A DNA stretch of 63,824 bases, counting the filler, from Thermoplasmatota archaeon (GTDB taxonomy: Archaea > Thermoplasmatota > E2 > JACPAO01 > JAHFTW01), in assembly GCA_041623215.1 (NCBI GenBank). It is 5 parts of 5 records of this genome, joined end to end, with 100 filler letters (N's around TTAATTAATTAA, not from the genome) between each part and the next. Parts side by side here need not be neighbours in the genome. Positions count along the whole stretch, not along the records: positions 41,509 to 55,006 come from JBFJXH010000044.1; positions 55,107 to 63,824 come from JBFJXH010000069.1; 3 more parts are not named here. One strand, 5' to 3'. The notes under the pieces are model-generated. The model was not told the DNA's origin and ran no database searches. It saw only the letters and a program-made list of their open reading frames with translations. Position 1 is the first letter of the stretch. Each line of letters opens with the position of its first letter. Made by a program: the position numbers and the translations under genes. Positions 49,668-59,718 of this stretch are shown in pieces.

Positions 49668-51500
49668 GTGTACGGCCGTAGGGTGCCTGCTGCCATCCTA
49701 GCAATCCTTGCCCTTGCCGCGCTAGCGCCGCACGGGGTAACTGGCGTGCCGGCACCCGAAGAGGTGGGCTGGACCCGCCTCCTGCACGACTGCGACGCCG
49801 ACCACCAAGGAATTAACGACGACGGGTACGACCTAGTTGCTTTGGACCTGGCCGAGGACACGCGGCTCGGCAAAGCGATGCTGTTGTTCCGCGTGACCCT
49901 CGACGGGCGGACCCTGCTCGAAACCGGTACCTGGGGATTCAACCTTCGATTCGAAGCGGACGGCACCCCGTACTCGACGGTGATTGCCAGTTCGGATGAT
50001 ATCGACTTCATTCGGACAAGCGGATCCGCCATCGACCATATTGATGCCCAGGAGCGCCCCATCGAGGGCGCCGAGGAGCGGCTGACCGTTGAAGTCGGCT
50101 ACGAATACGCGACCCTCGACCGGCTGCGCGACCATGAGCCCTTGAGCGGTTTCCGCGTATCCGGTTGGACCGGGGATTCAACCAATGTGGGCGACCACCT
50201 GCATGGCTGCGACGCCGGCGAGGACACCACCGCGCGATTCGCGCTAAGCGAATACAAAGTGCAATCCAGCAACATTCCAAACCGGGCTCCCCAGCCGGTC
50301 ATATCGTGGGCCCCGGCCCTCGCGACGACGCGCGACCTCGTAGTGTTGAATGGCACGGCGACCGACCCCGATGAGGATGCCGTGACTTCATGGGAGTGGG
50401 CCATCGGCGATGTGGATGGCGGGTCCACCAGCGACCGCCAGCAGGCATTCTACAAATGGCGACAGCCCGGCGACTACCGCATCACACTCACCGTGCGCGA
50501 CGCTCTGGGCGCTGAAGGCGTGGCCGAACAAACCATTTCCGTGGGCAACGGGGCCCCGACGGCCCGCATCGCAGCTCCGACCGTAGCCAACCTGCGAGAA
50601 ACCGTGCAGTTCCGTCACGCCAGCTTCGACGAAGACGGACGGATTGTTTCCTTCCACTGGGATTTTGGCGACGGCGGCGTCAGTGACGCGCCAGACCCTA
50701 CCCACGCTTTTGGTGAGGCAGGAAACAAAACGGTCAGCCTACGCGTCATTGACGATGACGGCGGCCACGCGACCGCCACGCATGTCATTCGCATTCTGGC
50801 CGAAGACGAAGTGCCCGACGCCGCGCCAACCGCCTTCTTCCGGTTGTCGCCCCCCGAACCTGTCGCAGGCCAACGCGTGTTCTTCTATGACCAAAGCACG
50901 GATGACCGCGGCATCACCAGCTGGCTATGGGATTTCGGCGACCAGCGATTCAGCAACCAACAACACCCCAATCACACGTATTCGTCCCCTGGCAGGTATC
51001 AGGTGAACCTCACGGTCACCGACGCTGGCGGCTCCTTCTCCCACCTGCGCCAGGAAGTGGTTGTGCTGGACCCCTCAACGTTGCCGCGCGGTCCCGAGAA
51101 TCGCTTGCCAATTGCGAGCTTCCTCGTGGTCCCAACCACCGGCATCGTCGGGCAGCCGCTACGGTTCTCCGACACAAGTCACGACCCCGACGGGACCATT
51201 GTTGACCGATTCTGGGACTTTGGCGACGGCACGGGTGCCGTGGCAGCACGCGAAACGACGCACGTGTTCCAGGAACCCGGGGACCACACGGTGACGCTCA
51301 CCGTGGTAGATGATGCGGGCGGCATCGGGACGGTTGCGTCGCTTGTCATCGTCGATGGCATTCCCAACGACAAGGCGTTCGACGGCGACCGCGGTGGCGC
51401 AGAAGACGCAGGAATCCCTGGTCCCAAACCGCTGAGTTTACTGTTGGTGGTAGCTGCAAGCGGCATGGTCGCGTTCAAGTGCCGCCGGTGGATGTCGTGA
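49668..51500 (+). CDS. PKD-repeat surface protein with C-terminal anchor
   Basis: Signal peptide, four PKD domains (WDFGDG), IPG + TM + basic tail. Confidence 0.88.
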   Translation: MYGRRVPAAILAILALAALAPHGVTGVPAPEEVGWTRLLHDCDADHQGINDDGYDLVALDLAEDTRLGKAMLLFRVTLDGRTLLETGTWGFNLRFEADGTPYSTVIASSDDIDFIRTSGSAIDHIDAQERPIEGAEERLTVEVGYEYATLDRLRDHEPLSGFRVSGWTGDSTNVGDHLHGCDAGEDTTARFALSEYKVQSSNIPNRAPQPVISWAPALATTRDLVVLNGTATDPDEDAVTSWEWAIGDVDGGSTSDRQQAFYKWRQPGDYRITLTVRDALGAEGVAEQTISVGNGAPTARIAAPTVANLRETVQFRHASFDEDGRIVSFHWDFGDGGVSDAPDPTHAFGEAGNKTVSLRVIDDDGGHATATHVIRILAEDEVPDAAPTAFFRLSPPEPVAGQRVFFYDQSTDDRGITSWLWDFGDQRFSNQQHPNHTYSSPGRYQVNLTVTDAGGSFSHLRQEVVVLDPSTLPRGPENRLPIASFLVVPTTGIVGQPLRFSDTSHDPDGTIVDRFWDFGDGTGAVAARETTHVFQEPGDHTVTLTVVDDAGGIGTVASLVIVDGIPNDKAFDGDRGGAEDAGIPGPKPLSLLLVVAASGMVAFKCRRWMS

Positions 51501-51501
51501 C

Positions 51502-52374
51502 GTGCAGGCCCTTGTTGCCCTAGAATGGCTCGCGGCGGTGGCGCATCACGCCGGTCTCGCGCTCATCTTGGGCGTACTCGCTTTCATCCTGCACGTCTTC
51601 GCCCCCGATCAATTGGAAGACTTGCTGGCCGGATGGCGACGGACGCTACGACTCGGGGCCACACTCCACGCCTCGGGCCTCAGCCTGAATGTCGCCTTGG
51701 CCTGGGCGATGCACGGGCAAGGCATCGTTGACACCTTGCGAGGGCGCGCCTTGTTGCTCCTGTGGCTGCTTGCCGGCGTCCTGTTGGCCCAGACGATGCG
51801 CGCCGAGCGATTCACGTGGCCATGGCAACGGGTCCTCAAGTGGGCCCTCCCGCTAGTGGCGGCTCCTGTCGCCCTGGCAGGTCTGTATGGCAATACAGTG
51901 CGCGCCGGCATCCCGTTCCCCGTGGCCTGGGCCGCGCGTTCGTTGCACCTTGGCGCATCTTTGACCTGGATTGGCGCCTTGTTTCTGCTGCTCGCCGTTT
52001 TGGCGAAGCTGCGTGCCTGGAACCCGCACGCACACGGGGCGCTGGGTGGCGTCAGCGAGCGTTTCAGCCAACTCAGCTTCACGGCCATCAGCCTACTCGC
52101 GGTCACAGGCGCCCTCATGGCAAACCTGCTGGCCGGACCCATGACAACCTGGGCGGGAACCTCGTACGGGACGATCCTCCTGGTAAAACTGGGACTATCA
52201 GCGGCTATGGTGGCCCTAGCGTTTGCCAACCGGTTTGGCCATGTGCTTGCGTATCGGCGCGGCCACGGTCGCGATCGGGTCCCCAAGTATGCCCGCAACG
52301 TGGCCTACGAGGTTCTACTCGGTTTAGCCGTGGTTGCGCTGGCTGCCTGGATGGCACGCCTCGGCCCAGGCTAA
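51502..52374 (+). CDS. CopD-family membrane protein
   Basis: LHL....WIGAL, RFS, VTG, T.YG.ILLVKL...ALAFANR, E..LG..VV. Confidence 0.8.
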   Translation: MQALVALEWLAAVAHHAGLALILGVLAFILHVFAPDQLEDLLAGWRRTLRLGATLHASGLSLNVALAWAMHGQGIVDTLRGRALLLLWLLAGVLLAQTMRAERFTWPWQRVLKWALPLVAAPVALAGLYGNTVRAGIPFPVAWAARSLHLGASLTWIGALFLLLAVLAKLRAWNPHAHGALGGVSERFSQLSFTAISLLAVTGALMANLLAGPMTTWAGTSYGTILLVKLGLSAAMVALAFANRFGHVLAYRRGHGRDRVPKYARNVAYEVLLGLAVVALAAWMARLGPG

Positions 52375-52438
52375 ATCGGCTGACCCCACCTGAGCGCGTT
52401 CGACAAAGGCTAAGTCGAGCCTAGGTGGCTGGAAGCCC

Positions 52439-54361
52439 GTGACGCGTGCGGGCCCCAAGCACCTGGCCGCCATCTTGCTGCTCCTCATGGCGACGCCCTC
52501 AGCCTGGGCCTATGACGCCGCCGCGCCAGACGGAGGCCGTGGCTACGGCGCTGACAGCCGCGTCTTGCATGACTGTAGTGATGATTACGACGGCATCGGG
52601 CACGACCTGGTGGCGCTCGACATTAAGGAGGCGGGCGGAGCCGTCTACTTCTACCTCACGTACGGCCGTGGCCCAGAAAGCACGGAGGACCGCAATCCGG
52701 GCAATCTTCCCAATCCCAACGTGCCGTATCGCTTGTACCAAATCTCGTTCGACACCCCGCACGGGACCCACGAAACGGGCGCTTGGATTCACTACGACCA
52801 GTACCAAGATATCGTGGGTTATGCAAGCCATGACGGCATCCGTCGCACGCCTTTCCAGCCACCTGCGCCGGCCGGTGGGCTCGATACCTCGCGCCGGGTG
52901 CTGGAAGTGTGGTTCGAACACGACAATCTTGGCGTCCGCGACGGCGAACAATTGACCAACATCCAAGTCAAGAGTCGCATGAAGGCCGCCGACAACCAGC
53001 CCCCGGAAGGCGACCCCGACCTTGACACTCGGTGGTCCCTGGAGGACATCATGCCCCCCAGCGGCGCCACCGATGCAGCCTCAGCCGGTTGCACCGGCCC
53101 GCCCGAGTCCGAAGGCTTCCTCGTTCGAAACCACACCATTGCCGCCAGCACGGTGCTGAACCAAGCCCCAACCGTTGGCCTGCCAGTTGTCCCCTCCACC
53201 ACCACCTACACTGGCGACCCCGTGACCTTTTCCGCCACGGCCAGCGACCCAGATGGGGACGCTCTGACGGCGTGGGAATGGGACCTGGGCGATGGTCCGA
53301 TTCGGCGCGAGCAATCCCCCACCCATTCGTATCAGGAAAGCGGGTCCTACACGGTGACGGTTCGCGTGCGAGACGCACTCGGCGCCTGGAGCCCCCCGGC
53401 ATCAACCCAGTTTACCGTGGAGAACCAACTTCCCGTAGCCGCCGTCCTCATTGAGCCACGTTCGCCCGTCGTCGGCGAAGTCGTCAACTTCACCGACTTA
53501 TCATCCGACCCCGATGGGACAATCGTCTCGTCTGTATGGAATTTTGGCGATGGTGCGACTAGCGGCGATCGTCAAGCGATTCACGCATACAGCATCGCCG
53601 GGACGTTCACCGCGACCCTCACCGTGCGTGACGATGACGGCGCCACATCGCAGATTAGTCGCGACATCGTCGTGCGTCCTCGAGATGGCAGCGGGCCGGC
53701 AGACCTTCCCCCCGGAGCGGACTTCGACTACGCGCCAAGCGCGCCCCTGCAAGGCAACCCCGTCCAGTTTACCGACCGCAGCATTGACCCCGAAGGCCGC
53801 ATGGCTAGTTACCAGTGGGACTTCGGGGATGGTGCCCGATCCCACGAAACCAACCCCGTCCACATCTTCGAAGCACCCGGCACGTTCACTGTGCTTCTCA
53901 CAGTGACCGATGCAGCCGGACAAAGTGCGACGCGCCAGCGGCCCCTTACCGTGACCGGCGTCGAAACACGCACCGCCTCCGTCGTGCCGGACTTCGGGTT
54001 CTCACCGGAAACGATTCGCATCGGCAGCAACGTGGCCTTTTTCGACCAAAGCTCGGCCGACGGTACCACCATTGTTGCATACCAATGGAACTTCGGCGAC
54101 GGCAGCCCGCCGAAATCCGAAGCCAACCCGGTGCACGTGTTCCAACACGCCGGCACCTACACGGTCACCCTCACATTGACCGATGCCAGCGGCCAACAGC
54201 ACCGCGTCACTAACCTGTTGGAAGTACGCTCCAACGACAGCGACCAACAGCAAAGTAGCAATGGCGCGGATGGCGGCGGACGTGGCATCCCTGGCATCTC
54301 CTTGGCGACGCTCGTCGCGCTGTCGCTAGCCCTCGTGGGCCTCCGCCGACGGCATCCATAG
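52439..54361 (+). CDS. PKD-repeat surface protein with C-terminal anchor (paralog of 49668..51500)
   Basis: Signal peptide, shared N-terminal LHDC..D...G.DLVALD motif, four PKD domains, IPG + TM + RRRH. Confidence 0.88.
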   Translation: MTRAGPKHLAAILLLLMATPSAWAYDAAAPDGGRGYGADSRVLHDCSDDYDGIGHDLVALDIKEAGGAVYFYLTYGRGPESTEDRNPGNLPNPNVPYRLYQISFDTPHGTHETGAWIHYDQYQDIVGYASHDGIRRTPFQPPAPAGGLDTSRRVLEVWFEHDNLGVRDGEQLTNIQVKSRMKAADNQPPEGDPDLDTRWSLEDIMPPSGATDAASAGCTGPPESEGFLVRNHTIAASTVLNQAPTVGLPVVPSTTTYTGDPVTFSATASDPDGDALTAWEWDLGDGPIRREQSPTHSYQESGSYTVTVRVRDALGAWSPPASTQFTVENQLPVAAVLIEPRSPVVGEVVNFTDLSSDPDGTIVSSVWNFGDGATSGDRQAIHAYSIAGTFTATLTVRDDDGATSQISRDIVVRPRDGSGPADLPPGADFDYAPSAPLQGNPVQFTDRSIDPEGRMASYQWDFGDGARSHETNPVHIFEAPGTFTVLLTVTDAAGQSATRQRPLTVTGVETRTASVVPDFGFSPETIRIGSNVAFFDQSSADGTTIVAYQWNFGDGSPPKSEANPVHVFQHAGTYTVTLTLTDASGQQHRVTNLLEVRSNDSDQQQSSNGADGGGRGIPGISLATLVALSLALVGLRRRHP

Positions 54362-54401
54362 GCGTCCGTCGCATCCATCCGACAAAGTGCCGATGCGACA
54401 A

Positions 54402-55006
54402 TTAGAACTGGTCCCGGTCAAACGAAACGGTCACGGCCGTCGCCTGACCCAGGTCATCCAGGAACGTCGCCGACGAAAACACTTGACGGCCGTTTGGGCT
54501 CACAATCACCTGTGGTCGAATGGCCAGATACGCAGGATTCCAGGACATGGTGTCAATTTGCATGGTTTGCTGGCCCGGTTCGCGGCGATGCCGGACATCG
54601 CCTTGTACGATGCCGGACAAACCGTCCACGGCCACCACGGCCAAATCGTCGCCGCCGGTTAGGACGCTCGCGCTGACACCCGCCACATAGACCCGCTGCG
54701 AACTTGGGTCGAGTGCAATCGAGAAGGGCACATCGTCACCCGCCCCTTGGCCGGGATAGAATGCGTTGCGGGTAATCCAATCAGGGCTTCCCGTGTTCGC
54801 TTGGTACGCAGCCACGAGGTAATCTTGGCCAATGGCACCTCGCTCCAAGCCCGCGCCCTCCTCTGGCAGGTCCTTCAGCGCTTGCGGACAGGCGCCCGCC
54901 GATTCCGCTGCCATGGCCAACACCACTTGGGACGTTCGCACTTGCAAGTCCATCAGGCCTTCAAAGCACTCGCCAAGCGGTTCGCCACTGACACTGCCTG
55001 GCTCAC
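54402..55006 (-). CDS. Beta-propeller-like secreted protein fragment (5'-truncated)
   Basis: DYLVAAY...TG..W, SIALDP....VYVAG, VSPNG..VF repeats. Confidence 0.6.
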
Positions 55007-55106
55007 NNNNNNNNNNNNNNNNNNNNNNNNNNNNNNNNNNNNNNNNNNNNTTAATTAATTAANNNNNNNNNNNNNNNNNNNNNNNNNNNNNNNNNNNNNN
55101 NNNNNN
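55007..55106. other. Artificial contig linker
   Basis: N44-TTAATTAATTAA-N44. Confidence 0.99.
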
Positions 55107-55107
55107 A

Positions 55108-55923
55108 TCAACCAAGGTTGATGTCGTCCTGGTCGGGCGCCAGGAACGTATCGTACTCAGGTGTGGAGTCCTCGCTACCGCCAATGGTCGACTGCACAAT
55201 GTGGTAAATCTCGTCGAGGCCATTACGGTCAATGCTACTCGCCGGCACGAGGCGTTGATGCAGTTCCATGCCATCGATGAGCCGACTGACCTGTGCCGCC
55301 AGTTCACGCCCCATGGTCGGATCTTCACCCATTACTGCATCTTCCAGCGCAAATGAATCCGCAGCCCAGGTGGAAATTGTATCTACATCCTGCTCCGTGA
55401 GAGTATCACTTTTCGAAAGCACGTACGCCATCGGCGCTTGTAGCCGGAAGTGCGTGGTGGCCCCCAGAAGCAATTGACTGGCAAAACCGGACGCACTGCG
55501 GGCAAGCAGGGGGTCCATGAGGTAGGCAACCACCGATTTTTGCGGGTCCATACCCTGCAGGATGTACCTTCCGGCTTCCCGGAAGACAAACAATTCCAAT
55601 TGGCCGGGGGTGTCAATGAGCACGAGGTCTGCGTTAGCGTCCATGACTTGCTTTCGCAGGTCCTCTAGCTGGAGGGCAATAAGGTCCGCCGCCGCTACCT
55701 GAGCGCCATTCGGTCCGAGCCCATAGTCTTGCATGACATCGACGAGACGGATGTTTTCCCGGACGTCCACGGCGGCTTCGTACGGCAATTCCTCGGCGCC
55801 AGGGTCAAGGTTGACAATGAGCGTGTTGAGCCCATGCTCCTGGCACCATTCATCGAAGGCAGCGACGAGCGTTGACTTGCCCGCACCCGCCGTGCCGACG
55901 AAATAGACCAAGTTTGCGTCCAT
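55108..55923 (-). CDS. GPN-loop GTPase
   Basis: GTAGAGKST, VNLDPG, YGLGPNGA, IDTPGQLE. Confidence 0.95.
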   Translation of the reverse strand: MDANLVYFVGTAGAGKSTLVAAFDEWCQEHGLNTLIVNLDPGAEELPYEAAVDVRENIRLVDVMQDYGLGPNGAQVAAADLIALQLEDLRKQVMDANADLVLIDTPGQLELFVFREAGRYILQGMDPQKSVVAYLMDPLLARSASGFASQLLLGATTHFRLQAPMAYVLSKSDTLTEQDVDTISTWAADSFALEDAVMGEDPTMGRELAAQVSRLIDGMELHQRLVPASSIDRNGLDEIYHIVQSTIGGSEDSTPEYDTFLAPDQDDINLG

Positions 55924-57341
55924 TAGGTAGCCTCGTCCGCGGGGACGGCCGCATCGGCAGCAGGAGGTTCGGTGCTCGCTGCCTTTCGTAGCTCCTGCAT
56001 GTGCCGGATGCGGCGTTCAATCAACGCGGCGGTGCCGATATCGTGGCGCACCGCCAGGCTCTCGGCATGCACATGTTCGAGGCCGCGCTCGGCGGCGGCT
56101 TCTGCCTCCGCAATGGTTTCGCCTTCGCCCAGAACCGCCAACGTCCGGCTTGTCAAGGTAGACAAAGAGCCGTCGTCCAGTTCCTCGATGCTGGCGTAAT
56201 AGATGGCGGCCCCTTCATCGGCGAGGGCCGCTTCGTCAACGGTCACTTTGTGGCCGGGCTCCGGCTTGCCATCGCCGTAACCTTCCGGCACGGCATACTT
56301 GACCACCGTCGCGTGGGGGCGAAACGCCAGCTTGCACTTGTGCAACTCACCATCCACCATGGCACGCAAGAGCATGCCATAATCCGTTTCCAGCAGATGC
56401 AAGACATTCATGGCTTCGGGATCGCCAAAGCGCGCGTTAATTTCGATGACTTTCGGCCCATCGACAGTGAGCATGAATTGGCCGTAAATGGCGCCAACGT
56501 AGGGCGTTCCCTCGACTCGCAGAGCATCAACGAGCGCTTGCACGATATCGGCGGCGTCATTGAATTCCCCCTTGGTTAAGAAAGGAAGGAGTCCATCAGC
56601 TTGGCTGTAGCTTCCCATGCCTCCGGTGTTGGGTCCCGCATCGCCTTCGTACAGGCGCTTGTGGTCCTGGCACGCAACCATGGGTAGCACAGTCGTGCCA
56701 TCCGTCAGGCACATGAGCGTAAATTCCTGCCCAACAGCCAACTCCTCAAACTGCAAGGCCCCGCCGCCTGCGCCGGACTCAAAGACGCTCGCCGCATACG
56801 CCTTGGCCCCGGCTACATCCTGGAAGTGATCTCCAAACACTTGTACACCCTTGCCTCCCGTTAGGCCGATGGGCTTGATGGCCCAAACCGGCCCGTTCGC
56901 GTCGAGAAACGCCAGCGCTTCCTTGACGTCGCTGAAGGGGTGGAATCCTAGGCGACCCGGCACGTTATGCCGCTCCATGAGGTCACGCATGAACTGCTTG
57001 TCCGTCTCGATGCGCGCCGCTGCTTTGGTGGGGCTGGCGCAGGGAATTCCGGCCTTCGCTACTGCATCTGCGAGTCCCTTTTCCTCGGGTGCCTCAGGGC
57101 CGATGACGACTAGGTCCGCGGCCACTTGCTTGGCGTAATCGACCACGGCATCAATCTCAAGCTCATCTCCAAGATAGAATTGTGAGGCAAGCTTCGTGAT
57201 GCCCGGGTTGCGATGCTTGAGGTAAGCAACGAGATTTCCATCTCGGCTTCGCGCAATGGCTGCAGCCATGGCGTGTTCACGAGCGCCGCCGCCCACGAGC
57301 AGAATGGTGGTCGTGGCGCGCTGGGTCGCCTCAGCAGCCAT
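55923..57341 (-). CDS. purD: Phosphoribosylamine-glycine ligase
   Basis: LVGGGAREHA, VIGPEAP, GGKGV, QDHKRL.EGD.GPNTGGMGSYS, EINARFGDPE. Confidence 0.97.
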   Translation of the reverse strand: MAAEATQRATTTILLVGGGAREHAMAAAIARSRDGNLVAYLKHRNPGITKLASQFYLGDELEIDAVVDYAKQVAADLVVIGPEAPEEKGLADAVAKAGIPCASPTKAAARIETDKQFMRDLMERHNVPGRLGFHPFSDVKEALAFLDANGPVWAIKPIGLTGGKGVQVFGDHFQDVAGAKAYAASVFESGAGGGALQFEELAVGQEFTLMCLTDGTTVLPMVACQDHKRLYEGDAGPNTGGMGSYSQADGLLPFLTKGEFNDAADIVQALVDALRVEGTPYVGAIYGQFMLTVDGPKVIEINARFGDPEAMNVLHLLETDYGMLLRAMVDGELHKCKLAFRPHATVVKYAVPEGYGDGKPEPGHKVTVDEAALADEGAAIYYASIEELDDGSLSTLTSRTLAVLGEGETIAEAEAAAERGLEHVHAESLAVRHDIGTAALIERRIRHMQELRKAASTEPPAADAAVPADEAT

Positions 57342-57901
57342 CAGGCATCCACTCCCGCCAAAGCCGCCTTCGCTTCCGGGCGGTCCAGCAGTTCACTGGC
57401 ACGGGCAAGCGCGTGCAAGGTCACATCAACCGCTTCCAAGGCCTCAATGCCCCCGCTGTCACGGTCAACGACGACGCAGCCATGGGACACCACAGCGCCC
57501 GCTGCCCGCAGGACCTCTACGGCTTGGACGGTGCTGCCGCCACTCGTGGTGACATCTTCGACGACAAAGACTCGCTTGCCATCGGCATCCGGGCCTTCAA
57601 TGCGGCGACCGGTGCCGTGCTGGCGTTCACCCTTGCGAATCATCATGAGTGGCAGGCCCGACTCAAGACTCACGGCAGTCGCAATCGGCACCGCACCCAA
57701 CTCCATGCCGGCAACGGCATCAAACGGGCCATGCTCCTTTGCCACAGCCGCCATGGCCGCACCGATGGCGCGTAGCGTTGCAGGGTCAGTCATGGCCGCT
57801 TTCACGTCCACGTAGTATCGGCTCTTGGCGCCGCTTGTCAGGGTGAAGTCCCCGAATCGCAAAGCGCCGCAGGCGACAAGGTGGTCCACCACGTCAGCCA
57901 T
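57341..57901 (-). CDS. pyrE: Orotate phosphoribosyltransferase
   Basis: FGDFTLTSGAKS.YYVD, IRK, VVEDVTTSGGS, VVDR. Confidence 0.96.
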   Translation of the reverse strand: MADVVDHLVACGALRFGDFTLTSGAKSRYYVDVKAAMTDPATLRAIGAAMAAVAKEHGPFDAVAGMELGAVPIATAVSLESGLPLMMIRKGERQHGTGRRIEGPDADGKRVFVVEDVTTSGGSTVQAVEVLRAAGAVVSHGCVVVDRDSGGIEALEAVDVTLHALARASELLDRPEAKAALAGVDA

Positions 57902-57960
57902 CTGAATCGGCCCACCTAGGGGTGCTACAAAAGGCCAGGGGTGACGTCTTGCAAGTGACT

Positions 57961-59718
57961 TCAACCGGCCCGGTACCATCCGGAAGTGACTTTGGGTACG
58001 CCACAGGAGAACACCGTCGCCTCGAAGGCATCCGTCGGGACGCGTCCATCGATGCGTTGGAAATCGTCGTCCAACGGATGCGAATAGAAGCTGGCGGAAA
58101 CCGCGCCATTGGCACGGGTGAAGATAATCCCGTGGTCCGGCGCAGGCGGGAACGCCTGGAGGGCCACCGAGAAGACCGCGCCTCTGCTTTGGGGATTGAT
58201 GCGGAACGTTTCGTGCAGGAAGCCGTCCACGAAGTCTTGCGGAGCCCCCGCGCACGCGGCAGGGTCAGCCCCGAAGATGGAAATGCGCTGGGTTTGCAGC
58301 GTACCGGGCGCGGCCAGCGCCTGCAATGTAACATTCGAGCGAACGGTATGATTGCCATCGGAAACGTGCAGCGTCACATTGTGAATCCCTTCGCTCCAGA
58401 ACGTCCACTGCACCAGGGCGGGTAGTGTCGTGCCCGTGTAATTGACACGTCCTGTGTCGGATAGGTCCAGTTTCCAGGTCAGGTTGTCCCCATCTGGGTC
58501 CGAGCCATCAAGCCGAAACGTCACGCGAAGTGGCGCTTGACCCATCAGGACCGACGGGTCCAGGGACACCGTCGGCGGCCGACTGGCACTTGTTCCCGAA
58601 GACCCGCTCGAGTCTCCTTGCTGGGTCGAGCCACCACGGGTGATGGAGAATGTGTCGGCCCGCAAGTCCTCGATGCAGCTGCGGGCGCCCGGCGCCGCAA
58701 TGAGCTCCAGGGCAGGCGTGGTCGTTTGATTCACGCGACCTCCCGCAATCCACAGGACATTGCAAAAGCTCGCCACGGAAAGGTCCGCCCGAGGTAAGGC
58801 CAATGTGGGTCCCGGCCTCCAGGCACCTGATCGGAGGTTCTTGACGAAGGTGGTGTTCATGTCTGCCGTGCCATTCGAGCCTCCCACGAGCCACAACCAA
58901 TCGCAATGGATGGCAGCTGCAGCGCCAGCCCGCGGCCCGGGCAGCCCGCCGTCAGGATTCCACAGGTTGCGGCCCGGCTCAAAGCGCCACATCGACCGCG
59001 TCGCATTGTCCTCCAACGTACGCCCACCGAGCAGGATTACATTGCCATCAAGAACGACCGCAGCAGCCTCACTGGTTGCAACCGGAAGCGGCGCCCGTTC
59101 CGTCCAGGCCCGCTGGCCGGGGCGCCACGACCAGACTGTGTCCACGGGGGGCCCGCCGGCAAAGCGTTCGCCGCCCATGACAAAGACCTCGTCACCGACG
59201 ACGGCAACCGCATGGTGCACGCGGCCAAGAGGTAGGTCCGGTGCGACTTGCCACTGCCGCGTGGACCGGTTGAACAGGTCGGCCGATTGGCCGGCTTGCT
59301 CGTGGCCCCCCACGACCACTAGCCAATCGTCGTTGGCCGCCAGCGTCCCAGGTTCGTCCGAGGGCCGACCAGGTAACGCGCGCCAGACGCCGGCATCGCC
59401 GTCAAAGGTAGCCAGCCGGGGCCCGGCAGCGCGGTGCAACTCGCCGCCGCCAACCATCGCCGCCGAAGGAGGTTGCGCTGGGCCAAAACGCGCCTCGTAA
59501 CGGCGCGGGTCAGATGGACACGGGTCGGCCAGCCGCGCCGTTTCCTGACCCGCCGAAGTGGAGGCTGCATGGTCATCCTGATAGCGGTCTCGAGGGATTG
59601 CCGGGTCGTCCGGTGCCACCACACGTCCAGCCACGGGTGCGTCCTCGACGCAGCCCGCGAGCAACGTGACGATGAACAGCAGGCACGCGGCGACCGCTGC
59701 ACCGCGCGGTTGCTTCAT
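57961..59718 (-). CDS. Lipoprotein with Kelch repeats and a PKD-like domain
   Basis: Lipobox LAGC; repeated VxGG...W Kelch blades; G.APL.V.F...GSDPDGD.L.W. Confidence 0.85.
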   Translation of the reverse strand: MKQPRGAAVAACLLFIVTLLAGCVEDAPVAGRVVAPDDPAIPRDRYQDDHAASTSAGQETARLADPCPSDPRRYEARFGPAQPPSAAMVGGGELHRAAGPRLATFDGDAGVWRALPGRPSDEPGTLAANDDWLVVVGGHEQAGQSADLFNRSTRQWQVAPDLPLGRVHHAVAVVGDEVFVMGGERFAGGPPVDTVWSWRPGQRAWTERAPLPVATSEAAAVVLDGNVILLGGRTLEDNATRSMWRFEPGRNLWNPDGGLPGPRAGAAAAIHCDWLWLVGGSNGTADMNTTFVKNLRSGAWRPGPTLALPRADLSVASFCNVLWIAGGRVNQTTTPALELIAAPGARSCIEDLRADTFSITRGGSTQQGDSSGSSGTSASRPPTVSLDPSVLMGQAPLRVTFRLDGSDPDGDNLTWKLDLSDTGRVNYTGTTLPALVQWTFWSEGIHNVTLHVSDGNHTVRSNVTLQALAAPGTLQTQRISIFGADPAACAGAPQDFVDGFLHETFRINPQSRGAVFSVALQAFPPAPDHGIIFTRANGAVSASFYSHPLDDDFQRIDGRVPTDAFEATVFSCGVPKVTSGWYRAG

